Source: Octopus sinensis (taxonomy: Eukaryota). From it: a DNA stretch of 64,000 bases. The DNA is taken from NCBI RefSeq assembly GCF_006345805.1, contig NC_042999.1, positions 67,952,001-68,016,000 of the forward strand, given 5' to 3'. The position numbers and the translations under genes are program-made. Position 1 is the stretch's first letter; each line of letters opens with the position of its first letter. Below the pieces are notes generated by a model. That model saw only the letters and a list, made by a program, of their open reading frames with translations. It was not told the DNA's origin and made no database searches. Shown piece after piece: positions 1 to 12,995 of this stretch.

Positions 1-195
1 AAACGAGGTAATTTCTACTCTTCTCCTCTGGAAGCCATCTGCTCGCGATACCAGAAAGTGCACACTCTCCTACACTGATGTAATTTCCAGGGATACAAGC
101 ATCCAGCATCAGGACCTCCGTAATGCTATGATGGACCGTGAAGTCTGGCGTAACATAGTAAATTTCCTTATCTCGACCACGGTCGAACAATGATG
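1..195 (+). mobile_element. 3' end of an RTE/RTE-X-like LINE (ORF C-terminus and short TGA tail)
   Basis: Frame +2 reads NEVISTLLLWKPSARD...DLRNAMMDREVWRNIV...TTVEQ* (stop 191-193), the typical RTE C-terminal 'L..AM.DR..WR..V' motif, followed by tgatga. Confidence 0.7.
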
Positions 196-227
196 ATTGG
201 CGGAGGTTTGCGCTCTCTGAGTGCTCT

Positions 228-445
228 TGTTTGTTTACTGTTTTGATTGCTTCAGACTGCGGTAACGCTGGGGAATCGCTTTGAAGGGTTTAGTCGAAAG
301 CATTGCCTCCAGTACCTATTCTAATTTTAAGCCTGGTACTTATTCTATCATCTCTTTTTGCCGAACTGCTTAGTGGGGTGTAAGCAAACCAACACCGGTT
401 GACAAGTATTGGTGCGGGACAAGCACAAACACAAAGACGCGCACA
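228..445 (-). mobile_element. SINE family A, 3' half
   Basis: Diverged reverse complement of the family A tail (ccgaactgcttag..., aacaccggttgacaag..., gacaagcacaaacac). Confidence 0.65.
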
Positions 446-600
446 CTTAGATACATCCATACATGCATGCATATACATATATGTATATATATGTGTGTAT
501 GTGTGTGTGCGTGTGTATGTGTATTATGTATGTATGTATATATGCATGTATGTATATGTGTATATATATAATGTGTGTGTGTATGTGTGTGTATATATAT

Positions 601-795
601 AGGGAGAGTTTACGAAAAAAACAAAAGACGAAGACAGGTGGTGTACAAAACAAACAGATGTATTAGTATAACGCTCAGGAATTGAAAAAGTCTTTTACGT
701 TTGAGCCTACGCTCTTCTACAGAAGGGACACAGAAAAAACAAGAGTGAAAAAAAGAGAGAAAAAAGGGTGTAGTGGATACGATCTATCATGGCGA
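601..795 (-). mobile_element. Short Penelope-like terminal-repeat element (family P1) embedded in (TA)n
   Basis: Same ~190-bp sequence at 9474, 18995 and 55736; carries an HHR-like motif; flanked by TA microsatellite. Confidence 0.7.
692..726 (-). ncRNA. Degenerate minimal hammerhead motif (CUGUAGA core, G12 lost)
   Basis: Minus strand CCUU-CUGUAGA-A-GAGC-GUAG-GCUC-AAAC-GUA-AAAG; lacks the G of GAAA present in sister copies. Confidence 0.5.
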
Positions 796-815
796 CTATA
801 TATATATATACAGCA

Positions 816-858
<43 letters not shown>

Positions 859-1000
859 GATATATCTATTAGTAATATATTTGTTGCAATTAAGGACAAC
901 TACTTAATAAGGAAAACTTTAACAAGAATTGTCAGGTAGATAGCTAAAACAACTCATAAGAAAAAATTTCGAAACTAATTATTTCTATTGAACATATTAC

Positions 1001-1435
1001 TTTATATATAGAGACATAATTATACATACATGCCAGGAGGCATTATATATACATGCGAACGCTAAGAGGGACACATAGGCATTTCTACCAAAAATATTAC
1101 TAGACCGATGCAATTTTTCAAAGTAGACATTTAAAAATATAGCCTGTATCACAGTGATTTCATACATTACGTAATCATCAGCAGGCCTGAATGATTATAA
1201 ATAAACGTTTATTTATAATACATGTATATAATAACTATTATAATACATTCAGGCCTGCTGATGATTACGTAAGTATGAAATCACTGTGCAGTCCTATATT
1301 TTTATGTCTTACTTTGAAAATTGCCTTCGGTGGGATTATAATATTTTGGTAGAACTGACTGATTGTCCGCCTTAGCGTTCGGCAGTATATATAATGCCTC
1401 CTGGCATGTATGTATATTATGCCCTCATATATAAA
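1001..1435. mobile_element. Imperfect foldback (~200-bp inverted arms) carrying hammerhead motifs
   Basis: catacatgccaggaggcattatatatac (left) versus gtatatataatgcctcctggcatgtatg (right); arms converge on a ~35-bp AT-rich spacer near 1201-1237. Confidence 0.8.
1142..1186 (-). ncRNA. Type I hammerhead ribozyme motif, canonical core
   Basis: Minus strand GCCUG-CUGAUGA-UUACGUAAUGUAU-GAAA-UCACUGUGA-UA/CAGGC: 5-bp stem I, intact core, quasi-palindromic stem III, cleavage triplet AUA. The partner on the + strand (1253-1295) has a decayed stem III and stem I. Confidence 0.7.
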
Positions 1436-2395
1436 ATATATATATATATATATATATATAGTACATCGACTCTTCTTTCATTTTCCTTCTACTAAATCCA
1501 CTCGCAGCTTTGTCGGCCTGAGGGCTATAATAAAAGACACTTGTCACGGCCACAACACGTAGGACCTGACCTTGAAACCATGTGGTTGAGAAAGAGACTT
1601 CTTGCCAGACAGCCTGTACCAATAGAAAAATATGGGACGTTTCACGAATTTGTGTGCCGTCCCTGTGCAGTGGTCATGCTGGTCTTCTCTGCATCGTTTA
1701 ATCTTTAGTACGTTGCTGAAGAAAAAAAAATGCACATTGGACAATGCAATCCAGAAATTTAGAATTTTAGTTGTGGTTTTCTGAAGTCGAGTTAAACTGG
1801 AATTAACCAACAACAGTAACAACAGGCCTAGTGTGTATAACAATCTCTCAATGATATTACTAACTTAAGCAGCTACTGAGTCTTATTTGTAAACCTTCAG
1901 CAAAGTTGGGTCGTGATTGGCAGGGATGGAGCGTCTTTCAACAAAAGTCTTCTGGATTAATGCTCACCTGGGGGTTAACAAACAAAAATAGCAGCATTTT
2001 TTTCTTTCAAATTTTGGCACAAAATTTTAGGAGTAAGTTGTTACTTGACTATATCTATCCTTATACTTGACTGGTACTTTATTTTAACGAACCCGAAAGG
2101 ATAAAAGAATAAGTCGACGTTAGCTGAATTTGAACTCAGGGTGTAAGGACCGGAAAAATACTGCTAAACATTTTGCCCGAAGCGCTAACGACTCTGCCAC
2201 TTTGCCCACATAAGATGTACGGAAATTTCTTGATGGTATTACTAACATAATCATCGACAAACGCTATACTTATATATCTTTTATTTTTTATCCTTTACTT
2301 GTTGCATTCATCAGACTGCGGCCATGCTGGGGCACCCAGTATCTATTTTCTTTTATCAGGATGATATTTAGGTCTCTGTCTCTCTCCCCCACACA

Positions 2396-2442
<47 letters not shown>

Positions 2443-2771
2443 CACATATACATATACAGATTCTACAGGCTTCTTTTAGTTTCCATTTACCAAATCCACA
2501 CACAAGGCTTTGGTTTGCTCGGGGCTATAGTAGAAGACACTTGCCCAAGGTGCCAAGCTGTGGAACTGAACTGGAAACCATGTCGTTTACGAAGCAAACT
2601 TACCATACAGCCACGCTTACGCTTATGTATGAAAAAATGAGTAAAATGTTGATCAATGTTGAGTAGTGATTGGCTCGGATGGAACGTCTTTGATCATAGG
2701 TTTTCTGGATTTGAGCTAACCTGGAGTTAAGTAGTAGCAAATAACACCGACCCCAGTGTACAAAAACCTTT

Positions 2772-2943
2772 CAGGCGCAGGAGTGGCTGTGTGGTAAGAA
2801 GCTTGCTTACCAACCACATGGTTCCGGGTTCAGTCCCACTGCTTGGCACCTTGGGCAAGTGTCTTCTGCTATAACCTCGAGCCGACCAAAACCTTGAGAG
2901 TGGATTTGGTAGACGGAAACTGAAAGAAACCGTCGTATATATA

Positions 2944-2982
<39 letters not shown>

Positions 2983-3190
2983 CGTGTGTGTGTATGTGTG
3001 TGCGTGTGTGTGTGTGTTTGTTCACCCCCGTCGCTTGACAACCGATGTTGGTATGTTTACGTCCTAGTAACTTAGTGGTTCGGCAAAAGAGACCGCTAGA
3101 ATAAGTATGAAGAATAACTCCTGGGGTCGATTTGTTCGACTATCGGTAGTGCTCCAGCATGGCCGCAGTCAAATGACTGAAAAAAAAAGT
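2772..3190 (+). mobile_element. SINE family A, full length (tRNA-derived head, internal TA/TG microsatellite)
   Basis: Head caggcgcaggagtggctgtgtggtaag...ggttccgggttcagtccc (A/B-box-like), then ccttgggcaag, microsatellite and tail ...cagtcaaatgactgaaa; more than 15 copies or fragments in the window. Confidence 0.85.
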
Positions 3191-3199
3191 AAGGCAGGG

Positions 3200-4015
3200 G
3201 GCTGGTGGAATCATCATCGCGCTGGGAAAAATGCTCAACAGCATTTTTTCCGATTTTAATCCGAGTTTAAATGCTGCTGGGACTGAATTTGATTTTCATC
3301 CTTTCGGGGTCAATTACATAAGTGCCAGTTGAACACCGGGGTCGATATATTCGACTTAACCCCTACACGAAATTGCTGGCCCTGTGCCAAAATTTGAAAA
3401 TAATATTACTTGGATAAGAAGGCGGCGAACTGGCGGAACAGTTAGCACGCCGGACAAAATGCTTAGTGGCATTTCTTTCGGCTTTATGTTCCGAGTTCAA
3501 ATTCCGCTGGGGTCGACTATGTCTTTCATGCTGAGCACCGGGATCGATATGATCGACTTAGCCCTCACACGAAATTGCTAGCCCCATGCCAAAATTTGAA
3601 ACTAATATTACTTGCATAAGAAAGCAGCGAACTGGCGGAACAGTTAGCACGCCGGACAAAATGCTTAGCGGAACTTCTTTCGGCTTTACGTTCCGCGTTC
3701 AAATTCCACTGGGGTCGACTATGTCTTTCATGCTGAGCACCGGGATCGATATAATTGACTTAGCCCTCACACGAAATTGCTAGCCCCGTGCCAAAATTTG
3801 AAACTAAAATAACTTGCATAAGAAGGCAGCGAACTGGCGGAACAGTTAGCACGCCGGACAAAACGCTTAGCGGAACTTCTTTCGGCTTTACGTTCCGCGT
3901 TCAAATTCCACTGGGGTCGATTATGTCTTTCATGCTGAGCACTGGGGTCGATGTAATCGATTTACACCCTTCTTGCTGGCCCGAACATGCTGGCCTTGTG
4001 CCAAAATTTGAAATC
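3200..4015 (+). repeat. Head-to-tail array of a SINE family B variant, 202-bp period, about 4 units
   Basis: Near-identical ORFs in the track at 3384, 3586 and 3788 (spacing 202); each unit is gcgaactggcggaacagttagcacgccgg...gttcaaattcc...ccaaaatttgaa. Confidence 0.9.
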
Positions 4016-4964
4016 GATATTACTAACATAAGTAACCACAGAGTCAATACCTACATATGCGAATATATTTGTAAAACCTCAGCAATGTTGACAAGGTCAG
4101 GAGCTGTCACCTACTCTGTCAGTAGCAGAAACTTTATAATTCTGTCACTCACCATAATTACATCAATTTCACTCGCTATCCACTTTGCAGCTGACATCTG
4201 CATTGCTTCCTGCATTTAAGATTGCTGCTGCAACGACTACGCATTACAAAAGTGACTTATCAAACTTATTAAACTTGCCTATCAAAGAAACAAGCCTTTT
4301 CCTTCGAAATGCAGATAAAGAGTTGCACTTCCTTTGCACTTCCAAACAGATAAAAAGAGTTGCACTTCCTTTGCTATACGGAAGCTAGTACCTACCTCCT
4401 CCACTTATCCCCATTTGCATAGTTAGGATTTGAGGTGGAAGTGAAGGAGGTGGTCCGCCTCGGGTGAAGCTTTTATGAAGGTACATTTGGGGGTCTACTG
4501 TATAATTTATCAACCCCGAAAGGATAAAAAGGCAAAGTCGACCCCGGCGGAATACGAACTCAGATCGTAGCAGAAAAAAAAATATATATAATGACCTAAA
4601 CAGAATTTCAATTCAGAACACAAAGACTCAGAAGAAATGTCGGTACTCCAGCATGGCCACAGTGAAATGAGGGAGACAAATAAAAGAAAAGCATTTTGTC
4701 TGTCGTGCTTATGATTCTACTAGTTGGTCACCTTTATTGTTTTCAAATTTTGCAACTAGGGCAGCAAATTTTAAAGGTTGGCGGGAGCATGTTGATTATA
4801 TCGATCCCAGTACTTGACTGGAACTTTATTTTATCGACCCCCGAAAAGATGAAAGGCAACGTTGACCTTGGCGGAATTTGAACTCAGAACGTAAGGAGCA
4901 AAAAGGAATACTGCCGAGTTTTTTTTTTACCGACACTAACATTTCTGCCGGCTGACCCCTTTAC

Positions 4965-5186
4965 TGTACTTTTAACTGTTTCAGTCATTAGACTGCGGTC
5001 ATACTAGGGCACCGTCTTGAAGAACCATAGTTGAATGAACCGACTACAGAACTTTTTTTAAAGCCTGGTACTTATTCTATTGGTCTCTTTTGCCGAACTG
5101 TTAAGTTACGAGGACGTAAACACACCAACATCGGTTGTCAAGCGATGATGAGGGGACAAACGGGGACACACAATTATATACATACA

Positions 5187-5235
<49 letters not shown>

Positions 5236-5705
5236 TCGCGTGCGTATCGTTGGCGATTTTCTTTCTCCGTCTTCCCTTCTTTGGACTTTTTCTTTTTTTC
5301 TATATTTCTGACGAAGATTTCCGCTCGAAACGCGAAATCCTCCTTCTTTGTTTACTTTCCTGAGCGTCCAATAACACTATACTTATTCCACGTCCTCGTG
5401 TGTGCTGTGTTTACTCTTTGTTCATGTTTGGATTAAACTATATAATATATATATTATATATATAGATATATATATATATATTATATATTATATATGTATA
5501 TTATATATATCTATACGACAAACAACACACACACACACACATGGCAACGAGCTTCTTTCAGTTTCCGTCTACCAAATCCACTCACAAGTCTTTGCTCGGC
5601 CCAAGGCTATAGTAGAAGACACTTTCCCAAGGTGCCAGGCAGTTGGACTGAACCAGGAACCATATGGTTGGGAACCAATCTTAACACACAGTCACGCCTG
5701 CACCT
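4965..5705 (-). mobile_element. SINE family A with a Penelope-like element nested in its internal microsatellite
   Basis: Tail 4965-5170 and head 5545-5705 are separated by (TG)n, an insert at 5240-5445 and (TA)n. Confidence 0.75.
5240..5445 (+). mobile_element. Penelope-like short terminal repeat (relative of P1) with a decayed HHR at 5304-5338
   Basis: AUUU-CUGACGA-A-GAUUUCCGCUC-GAAA-CGCG-AAAU; the downstream cctgagcgtccaataacac resembles P1 cccgagcgttaaactaatac. Confidence 0.55.
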
Positions 5706-5789
5706 ATAACATTTATTTGTTTTCTAACCGTGTAATCAAAAAAGAGCAGCGTTTCATAGCCCTTCCATTTCCAGGGCTTCTGAGATTTT

Positions 5790-5826
<37 letters not shown>

Positions 5827-5980
5827 TTTATTTAATTATATTTTTTATTTTTGATTACGTCTGGGTCTGGGAGAAAGAAATAGGGACCCTGCTAGACCGG
5901 TGAGGTTGATGTTAATATTCCTCTTAAACTTTGCTTAAGTCAATATCGCATCTTTATCTCCAATTTACGACCACATAAGA

Positions 5981-6080
5981 NNNNNNNNNNNNNNNNNNNN
6001 NNNNNNNNNNNNNNNNNNNNNNNNNNNNNNNNNNNNNNNNNNNNNNNNNNNNNNNNNNNNNNNNNNNNNNNNNNNNNNNN
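5981..6080. other. Assembly gap (100 N)
   Basis: Run of 100 n. Confidence 1.
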
Positions 6081-6148
6081 AAAAGGTTGCTGTCCCAACG
6101 CTCCTGTCTTACTCAAAACATTCTCTATTTTTTTGAATATATGGACGC

Positions 6149-6227
<79 letters not shown>

Positions 6228-6335
6228 TCCTCCACAAAATTGTCGAGCCGATTCGAAGAGAACATCAGAGCAAAATATAGACAGAGACAGACAAACAGAA
6301 AAAGAAATAGAAAGAAAAAAGGAAAGAAAGAAAGG

Positions 6336-6498
6336 AGGCGCAGGAGTGGCTGTGTGGTAAGTAGCTTGCTTACCAATCACATGGTTCCGGGTTCAGTCCC
6401 ACTGCGTGGCACCTTGGGCAAGTGTCTTCTACAATAGCCTCGGACCGACCAAAGCCTTGTGAGTGGATTTGGTAGACGGAAACTGAAAGAAGCCCGTC

Positions 6499-6556
<58 letters not shown>

Positions 6557-6702
6557 GTGTGGTGTGGTGGTGTGTGTGTATATTTGCGTGTCTGTGTTTG
6601 TCCCCCACAACATCGCTTGATAACCGATGCTGGTGGGTTTACGTCCCCGTAACTTAGCGGTTCGGCAAAAGAGACCGATACAGTAAGTACCAGGCTTAGC
6701 AT

Positions 6703-6735
<33 letters not shown>

Positions 6736-7000
6736 CTAGACGGAAACTGAAAGAAGCCCGTCGTATATATGTACATATATATATATATATGTGTGTATAT
6801 GTTTGTGTGTCTGTGTTTGTCCCCCCGACATCGCCTGACAACCGATGCTGGTGTGTTTACGTCCCCGTAACTTAGCGGTTCGGCAAAAGAGACCGATAGA
6901 ATAAGTACTAGGCTTACAAAGAATAAGTCCTGGGGTCGATTTGCTCGACTAAAGGCGCTGCTTCAGCATGGCCGCACTCAAATGACTGAAACAAGTAAAA
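6336..7000 (+). mobile_element. SINE family A with internal duplication of its middle segment
   Basis: Full head and tail; segment gacggaaactgaaagaagcccgtcg...aagagaccgat occurs twice (about 6475-6690 and 6738-6910). Confidence 0.85.
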
Positions 7001-7374
7001 AGAGAAAGAGAGAGAGAAAGGGTGAGGAGGAGAAAGGTAGACAGAGATAGAAATATAAAATAACCTGATTCTTTCTTTATCGACACTCTTTGGCAGTTTT
7101 TTAAGGAAAAGAGGAAAAGCAAAGTCGACCTCAGTGGAATTTGAACTCAGAAACTAAAGACGGACGATATGTAGCTAAGCCTTTTGCCCGGCGTGCTAAC
7201 GGTTCTGCCAGTCCACTAAATACTACTCAATTTTTCCAGCTGAATGAACTGGAACAATGTAAATTAAAGTGCCTTGCTCAAGGACACAAACACCCTGACT
7301 GGTATCGAACTCACAACCTTACAATCGTGAGTTGAATACCATAACTACTAAGCCACGTACCTTTACCAACATAA

Positions 7375-7770
7375 ATAATATTGGAAGAACATTCCCATAA
7401 AAACGTCTACCAAGTGCAAACATAATAGGCCTGACATTATTATTTGGGACAAAAGCAAATCAATATAAAATCAGAGAAGTTAGCAGTCTTCCAACTGAAA
7501 TGTAAATGTCTTTCCCAAAAAGTATTGAGGAGGAGAATCTATGGACAACCGCTTCGAAACCTGCAATCCTCTACGCTGATTACAAATTTATATACTTACC
7601 AAAAATAATTCAGGCACTTGGTTTTATTAGTAAATGCCTAATTGACAATCTGGAACAGGTAGGGTTTACGGGCAAAGAAAGAGGTCGGCTAATACGAACT
7701 TTACCGGTAGAATCTGCAAAGTGGAACAGTAAAAGTATGCAAGACTTTCTTGAAGTTTCGTTTATGACAA
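7375..7770 (+). mobile_element. Degenerate 3' fragment of an RLE-type non-LTR retrotransposon (R4/Dong or NeSL-like)
   Basis: WKNIPIKTSTKCKHNRPDIIIWD (PD nuclease motif) and LYADYKFIYLPKIIQALGFISKCL...SGTVKVCKTFLKF across frameshifts. Confidence 0.7.
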
Positions 7771-7958
7771 TTATCGTTATTGTTAGACACAATGCAGGAA
7801 TAGAGGGGGTTTTTTCTGTTTAAAACCGGCTCCCTCCTTCTAGGAAGAATACTAATAAATAGATAAAAAAATTCAAGGCCTACATACGTACGTACGTACA
7901 TACATACACACATACATGTAAACATGCATACATATGTACGTATGTGCATGCAACACAA

Positions 7959-8008
<50 letters not shown>

Positions 8009-8619
8009 ATATACTACACATGTGCATACACACACACACGTCTAATATAATAAATGCGAAAACTAATTTCTGTGTGTCAGTGTGTCACACTTAGACCACT
8101 CCCTTTATCACTAGTCAATGACAGTCCTACTATTCCACATGATGGGGTGATAGTAACAGTAGGCATAGAGACGATGAGGGCAGTGGCGAAGACACAGAGA
8201 GAGAGAGAGAGACGAGGGAGAGAGAAAGAAAGAAAAAGAGAGAGAGAGAGAAAGAAATTTAGGGAGAGCTGATGATGTTTTATTAAAAGTAGTAGTGTTG
8301 ATGGTCGCAGTGGGAGTAATAATAAAAGAGAGAAAAAGAGTGGGTGTGTGGGAGAAAGAGGGAGATGATGTACAACTTTGTTTAACCATGTCTCTTTGAC
8401 AGAAATTCTTGTGGCTAACATACTGAACACTATCATTTTTGTTTTATTTTTTGCTTTCTTCAATACACACACACACATATATATATATACACACACACTT
8501 CACACACAAACACATACACACACATAAAATACACTTTAATTAAAATAAAGTTTCCCCAAAATTAAACATATTTAATATAATAAACGTGAATGTCAGTGTA
8601 TCACACTTTTTCAACTTTA

Positions 8620-8838
8620 ATAAATCTTTTCTACTAGAAGCACAAGGCCTCAAATTTTGGGGAAAGGGATTAAATCGATTGCATCGACCCCAGTACGTAA
8701 CTGGTACTACTTTTATCGACCCCGAAAGGATGAAATGCAAAGTCGACCTCGGTGGAATTCGAACTCAAAACCTAACGGCTGAAGAAATACCGCTAAGCAT
8801 TTTGCCCGGCGTGCTAACGATTCTGCCAGCTCGCCGTC
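8620..8838 (-). mobile_element. SINE family B (tRNA-derived; central ctttcatcctttcggggtcgataa domain, Meta-domain-like)
   Basis: Reverse complement of ggcgagctggcagaatcgttagcacgccgggc...gagttcgaattcc...; other copies at about 2000-2215, 4480-4960, 7090-7215, 27040-27250, 34020-34140, 50775-50960 and 61860-62070. Confidence 0.85.
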
Positions 8839-8842
8839 TTGA

Positions 8843-9389
8843 TATAATATAATAAATGTGGATGTCAGTATGTCACACTCTTTCAACTTTACTCTTAGAG
8901 GCCGTAACCCAACATATCATAACATTTTGGAATCAGTTTGACTCCGTGAGTAAATTAAAAACATTCCGGGCCGAATCCGAACCCACAATCCTGAAATTTT
9001 GGATTCCCAAGTTTTCATTACTGTTATTGTTTTCGGCGATTTTTTACGTGACTTTTTGCGACAAATCTTTTTGTACGATAACAATTTTTATAATCTAAAG
9101 GCCAACTCCATGAGTAAATTAAAAAACGTTGCGGACCGAATCCAGACCTGCAATCCTGAAATTTTGGATTTTCTTGTTTTCGTTACTGCGATTGTTTTTC
9201 GGCAAGGTTTTTACATGATATTTTTGTGACAAATATGATCATCATTGGGATATGACTCTGGAGGAAGCAGTTGCAACAAATTCTCCAAAACAAGTTAGAG
9301 ATCTGTTTGCAGATCTTCCTATTTAGGGTCAGTTGCTTAAAAGCTGTACACTAGCTTAAAAGCCACCCGACAGGACGGCTTTTAAGTTA

Positions 9390-9390
<1 letters not shown>
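8843..9390 (+). mobile_element. Non-autonomous Helitron with a RepHel remnant
   Basis: 5' atataataaatgtggatgtcag end type; internal ~165-bp duplication; WDMTLEEAVATNSPKQVRDLFA (RepHel-like) at about 9248-9312; 3' hairpin cttaaaagcc/ggcttttaag (9355-9386) then TTAG followed by T. Confidence 0.65.
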
Positions 9391-9473
<83 letters not shown>

Positions 9474-9478
<5 letters not shown>

Positions 9479-9672
9479 GAATTTACAAAAAAAAAAAACA
9501 AAACAAAAGACGAAGACGAGTGTGTAAACAACAAACAGATGTATTAGTTTAATGCTCGGGAAGAGAGAAAGTCTTTTACGTTTCGAGCCTACGCTCTTCG
9601 ACAGAAAGGAACAGAGAAATAAACAGGGAGAGAAAATAAAAAAAAGGTTTAGTGGCTAGTGATCTATCATGT
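9474..9672 (-). mobile_element. P1 Penelope-like short element in (TA)n
   Basis: Homologous to 601-795 and 18995-19160. Confidence 0.75.
9573..9608 (-). ncRNA. Minimal hammerhead motif, variant core CUGUCGA
   Basis: CUUU-CUGUCGA-A-GAGC-GUAG-GCUC-GAAA-CG-UA/AAAG; 4-bp stem I, 4-bp stem II, palindromic ACGU in place of stem III. Confidence 0.6.
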
Positions 9673-10169
9673 ATATATATATATGTAAATACATACATAC
9701 ATTTTTATATGCGTATAAATTTATATATTCATACAGTTCAAAAATATAGATTACTCAGAGAACGAGTCGGTTCGAACTTGCTAGATTTTCTTGCCATACT
9801 TTTAAAAGTCAGGTGAGATGAGGAAAAGAAAAGAGGTGACCTGGTAGAGGTTGATAGTTTATTCCTCGGTCAACACATTATGCGTCATTTATTAAAACGA
9901 GTAGTTTTAAAGACAAATAATATCGACACCACAGAAAAATGTACGCAAATATTTTTCACTACAATAAATAAACAAATGAATAAAAGGTTATGTAATGCAT
10001 GAAATAACGTTTAGAAATGAACATTTTAAATAAAAAAAATTCAGTGAACAAATGAAAGCTGAAATTATTTTATGCAAATTATTTATTTTTAATTTAATAA
10101 CGAAACATTTTCATACAAAATACAAAGTACAAAACAAGGTATAAAAAGTAGATATTTATTTGTTCATTC

Positions 10170-11900
10170 CGACGTCTTCTGTATCGTCTGCTGCACTGCT
10201 TGTGTATAGAAGACTTGTAGTTTCTACTTCATCTGCTGCATTGCTTGGGCGCTTTTATTGCTTTCTTTAAATACTTTTGTATATCACTATGTTTATGATA
10301 TTAATTTATTTCTGATAAGATTATTCTACATCATGTACGCATTGCATAACGACTTGAAGAATAAAGCTATGGTTCTGTTATACAAATATAATAACCGTTT
10401 CAATGCATTCTTCTGCAGTGGCCTTAAGATATCTTTTCTTCAACTTTATCGTCTGCTTCACCAGTTACTTCTGAATAATTCTCTTCTTTCTTATCAGAAA
10501 CTGTAATGCTTTAAACGAATTCTTGATCAGTGAAAATGGTTGCAACTTCAAAATCATATTCAGTGCGTATCTATTCTTCAATGTCAGCGTGAAGTAAACA
10601 TTGATAGAGATAATTAAATAATATCCATTAGTACTCGCACTACTTTATATAGAATCATTCATATCTTTGTCTTGATCATGCTCTATATCTGAGAGCAGCA
10701 TGCTTGGCTATAACTTTCGTCACGCTCTTAAAATTGTTTTAAGCTCGTCTGCATCCCATGCAGTAACGAATGAAGATACTGCATATTTAATCGTAAAACT
10801 GCGTTGAAATTCTATAGAGGTGACATTTATATTTGCCATTTTGTTCATAAAATCGCTTTAATCGTGACATTTATACTTCTTAATGACTTCTTGATCCAAG
10901 GGTTGAATTAGTGACGCTGCATTTGGTGTCATGCAGCATATATAATTATTCCTGCAATCAAACATATTTTGGTTCGTGCTGATGGGTCTCACAGCAGTCA
11001 AGAAATATTAGGCACTTTGTATTTACAGACTTTACCATTATTTTTAAATTCTGATGAAATGACGGAACAAAATTTTGAACGAAGCAATCGGGAAATGTGC
11101 CTTGCTCATCCAAACACTCTTAGGTCTTTTTTTTAGATCACTGGTAAGTGCACAATTCCATTAAAGGCCCATGGCATTTATGTTTAATCATCACGAAACG
11201 CCTATTTTATGCTGACCTAAAGAAACAGCTAATCTCTCTTTATTATGCTTAACCCGTTTTATTTTGTTCTTGGGTTCTAGCCAAAATTTTCGTGGCCAAA
11301 CACATTTAGAAGCCCCACCACTTTCCTTTTCATCAGCATTATAAATTTGATCAGTTCTGAGATCATATTCAATTGCAAATTTTTTCAAAATTTTACTATG
11401 TTACACTATATTTTGCTGCTATTTGTGTACCAGCCGACTGCATTTCTGTAGTAGCATCTAACAAATACAACAACGAGTCTTAACATTCCTAAGCCATTCA
11501 TCACTAAATATTCATCACTAAATATTCAAATTTAAAGTTAATTTGCTCCTTAAAAGACTTTCCTTTGGCAATATGCATCGTTCCAGAAATTGTGATACGT
11601 TTTGATCGTTTTTACAAGAACTATCGGTACATTATTCTATTCAAATTTTCTAATTGTGACAGCCAACATTATCACTCAGCAACTTTATAGTAAGACTCAT
11701 TCCTGATTCGTATGTTCCTATAGGCACAATATTGCTCACATCACGTCTAATTTTTTTTAATTACTTAATTATTCCAAGTTTGTCACCTCTTCACATAACT
11801 AAGTTTGTCTATTTTAGGAGCCACTATTACGGGCTTCTAAATACGTATGCTATACAAGGTAAATGGAAAGAGAAAGACACAAAAATTACATGCCTTGTTA
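10170..11900 (-). mobile_element. Degenerate pogo/Tigger-like DNA transposon
   Basis: ORF 11191-11388 contains QIYNADE...KERLAVSL, typical of the pogo/CENP-B DDE domain start; many stops and frameshifts; boundaries approximate. Confidence 0.65.
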
Positions 11901-12677
11901 TGGTGTGATTGCTCGTTTTATTATGATGATCACATGATGTTTTGTTGTTGCTGTACAGCAATGGCTCTTATGAGCGTGCGCACTCAGAAAAGCCTGTTAA
12001 ATGAAAAAATATTAGTGAGTTCTTGAAAATCGTGTGTTGGCTATTTGCATTTCTGAAGTCCGGATGTTCAAACTTTTACTGTCTGTCTGTCTATCTTTCT
12101 ATCTATACAGACATACATGCGTACGTACATACATGCGTACGTACATACATACATACAAAAATTTAAATTATGTTTTATCAGATTATTTATTTATATAACT
12201 TGCTATTCGATTATTTTTCCTTTTATTTCTGCATTCATCAATCGTCCCTTTCTTGAATGCCTGATCTGAATCTATGGTTTACGATTTAATGGAATTTTTT
12301 TTCTTATTTTCGTTTTAACTGTGATATATGAACGAAATGATATTTTGATTTAGCAGACTCTTTGCGTCTATACCTAAAGAATCTACATTCATCAATGTTA
12401 ATTAAATAATAATGATACGATGCCTGATACCTTTAATATATTATCTCATAATATTTCGGCAATAAACTGCTGGTAAAATAAGGAAACAATTGTAGTATTA
12501 TGCAATAAAAAGTGTTCGCTTAATTCATTCTCTTTTGTTTACATTTTTATATAAACTTTTTCGGATATTCACGGATGTCCAGTTGTATTTTCAGTAATAC
12601 TATTGGTTTTCGCTGTAAAACTATATCTCTAAGCTGGTACCCATGGACGAGGGTTCAGAAGCAAACTTCAAAGTGTA

Positions 12678-12714
12678 TACTCAAACTGAACTGATACATA
12701 CGTACATACATACA

Positions 12715-12748
<34 letters not shown>

Positions 12749-12905
12749 CATACATACATATATACATACATACGTACATACATACATACATACATACATA
12801 CGTACATATATACATACTTACATGCATGCATACATACATACATACATACATACATACATACATACATACATACATACATACATACATACACACACCACAC
12901 ACATA

Positions 12906-12995
<90 letters not shown>

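Noticed and set aside
950-990. CUCAUAA-GAAA-AAA-UUUC-GAAAC motif
   Set aside because: Two core mismatches and no valid stem III or cleavage site.
4050-4250. Minus-strand KWIASEIDVIMVSDRIIKFLLL, resembling an RTE apurinic endonuclease
   Set aside because: Similarity is short and from memory only; too weak to annotate without a profile search.
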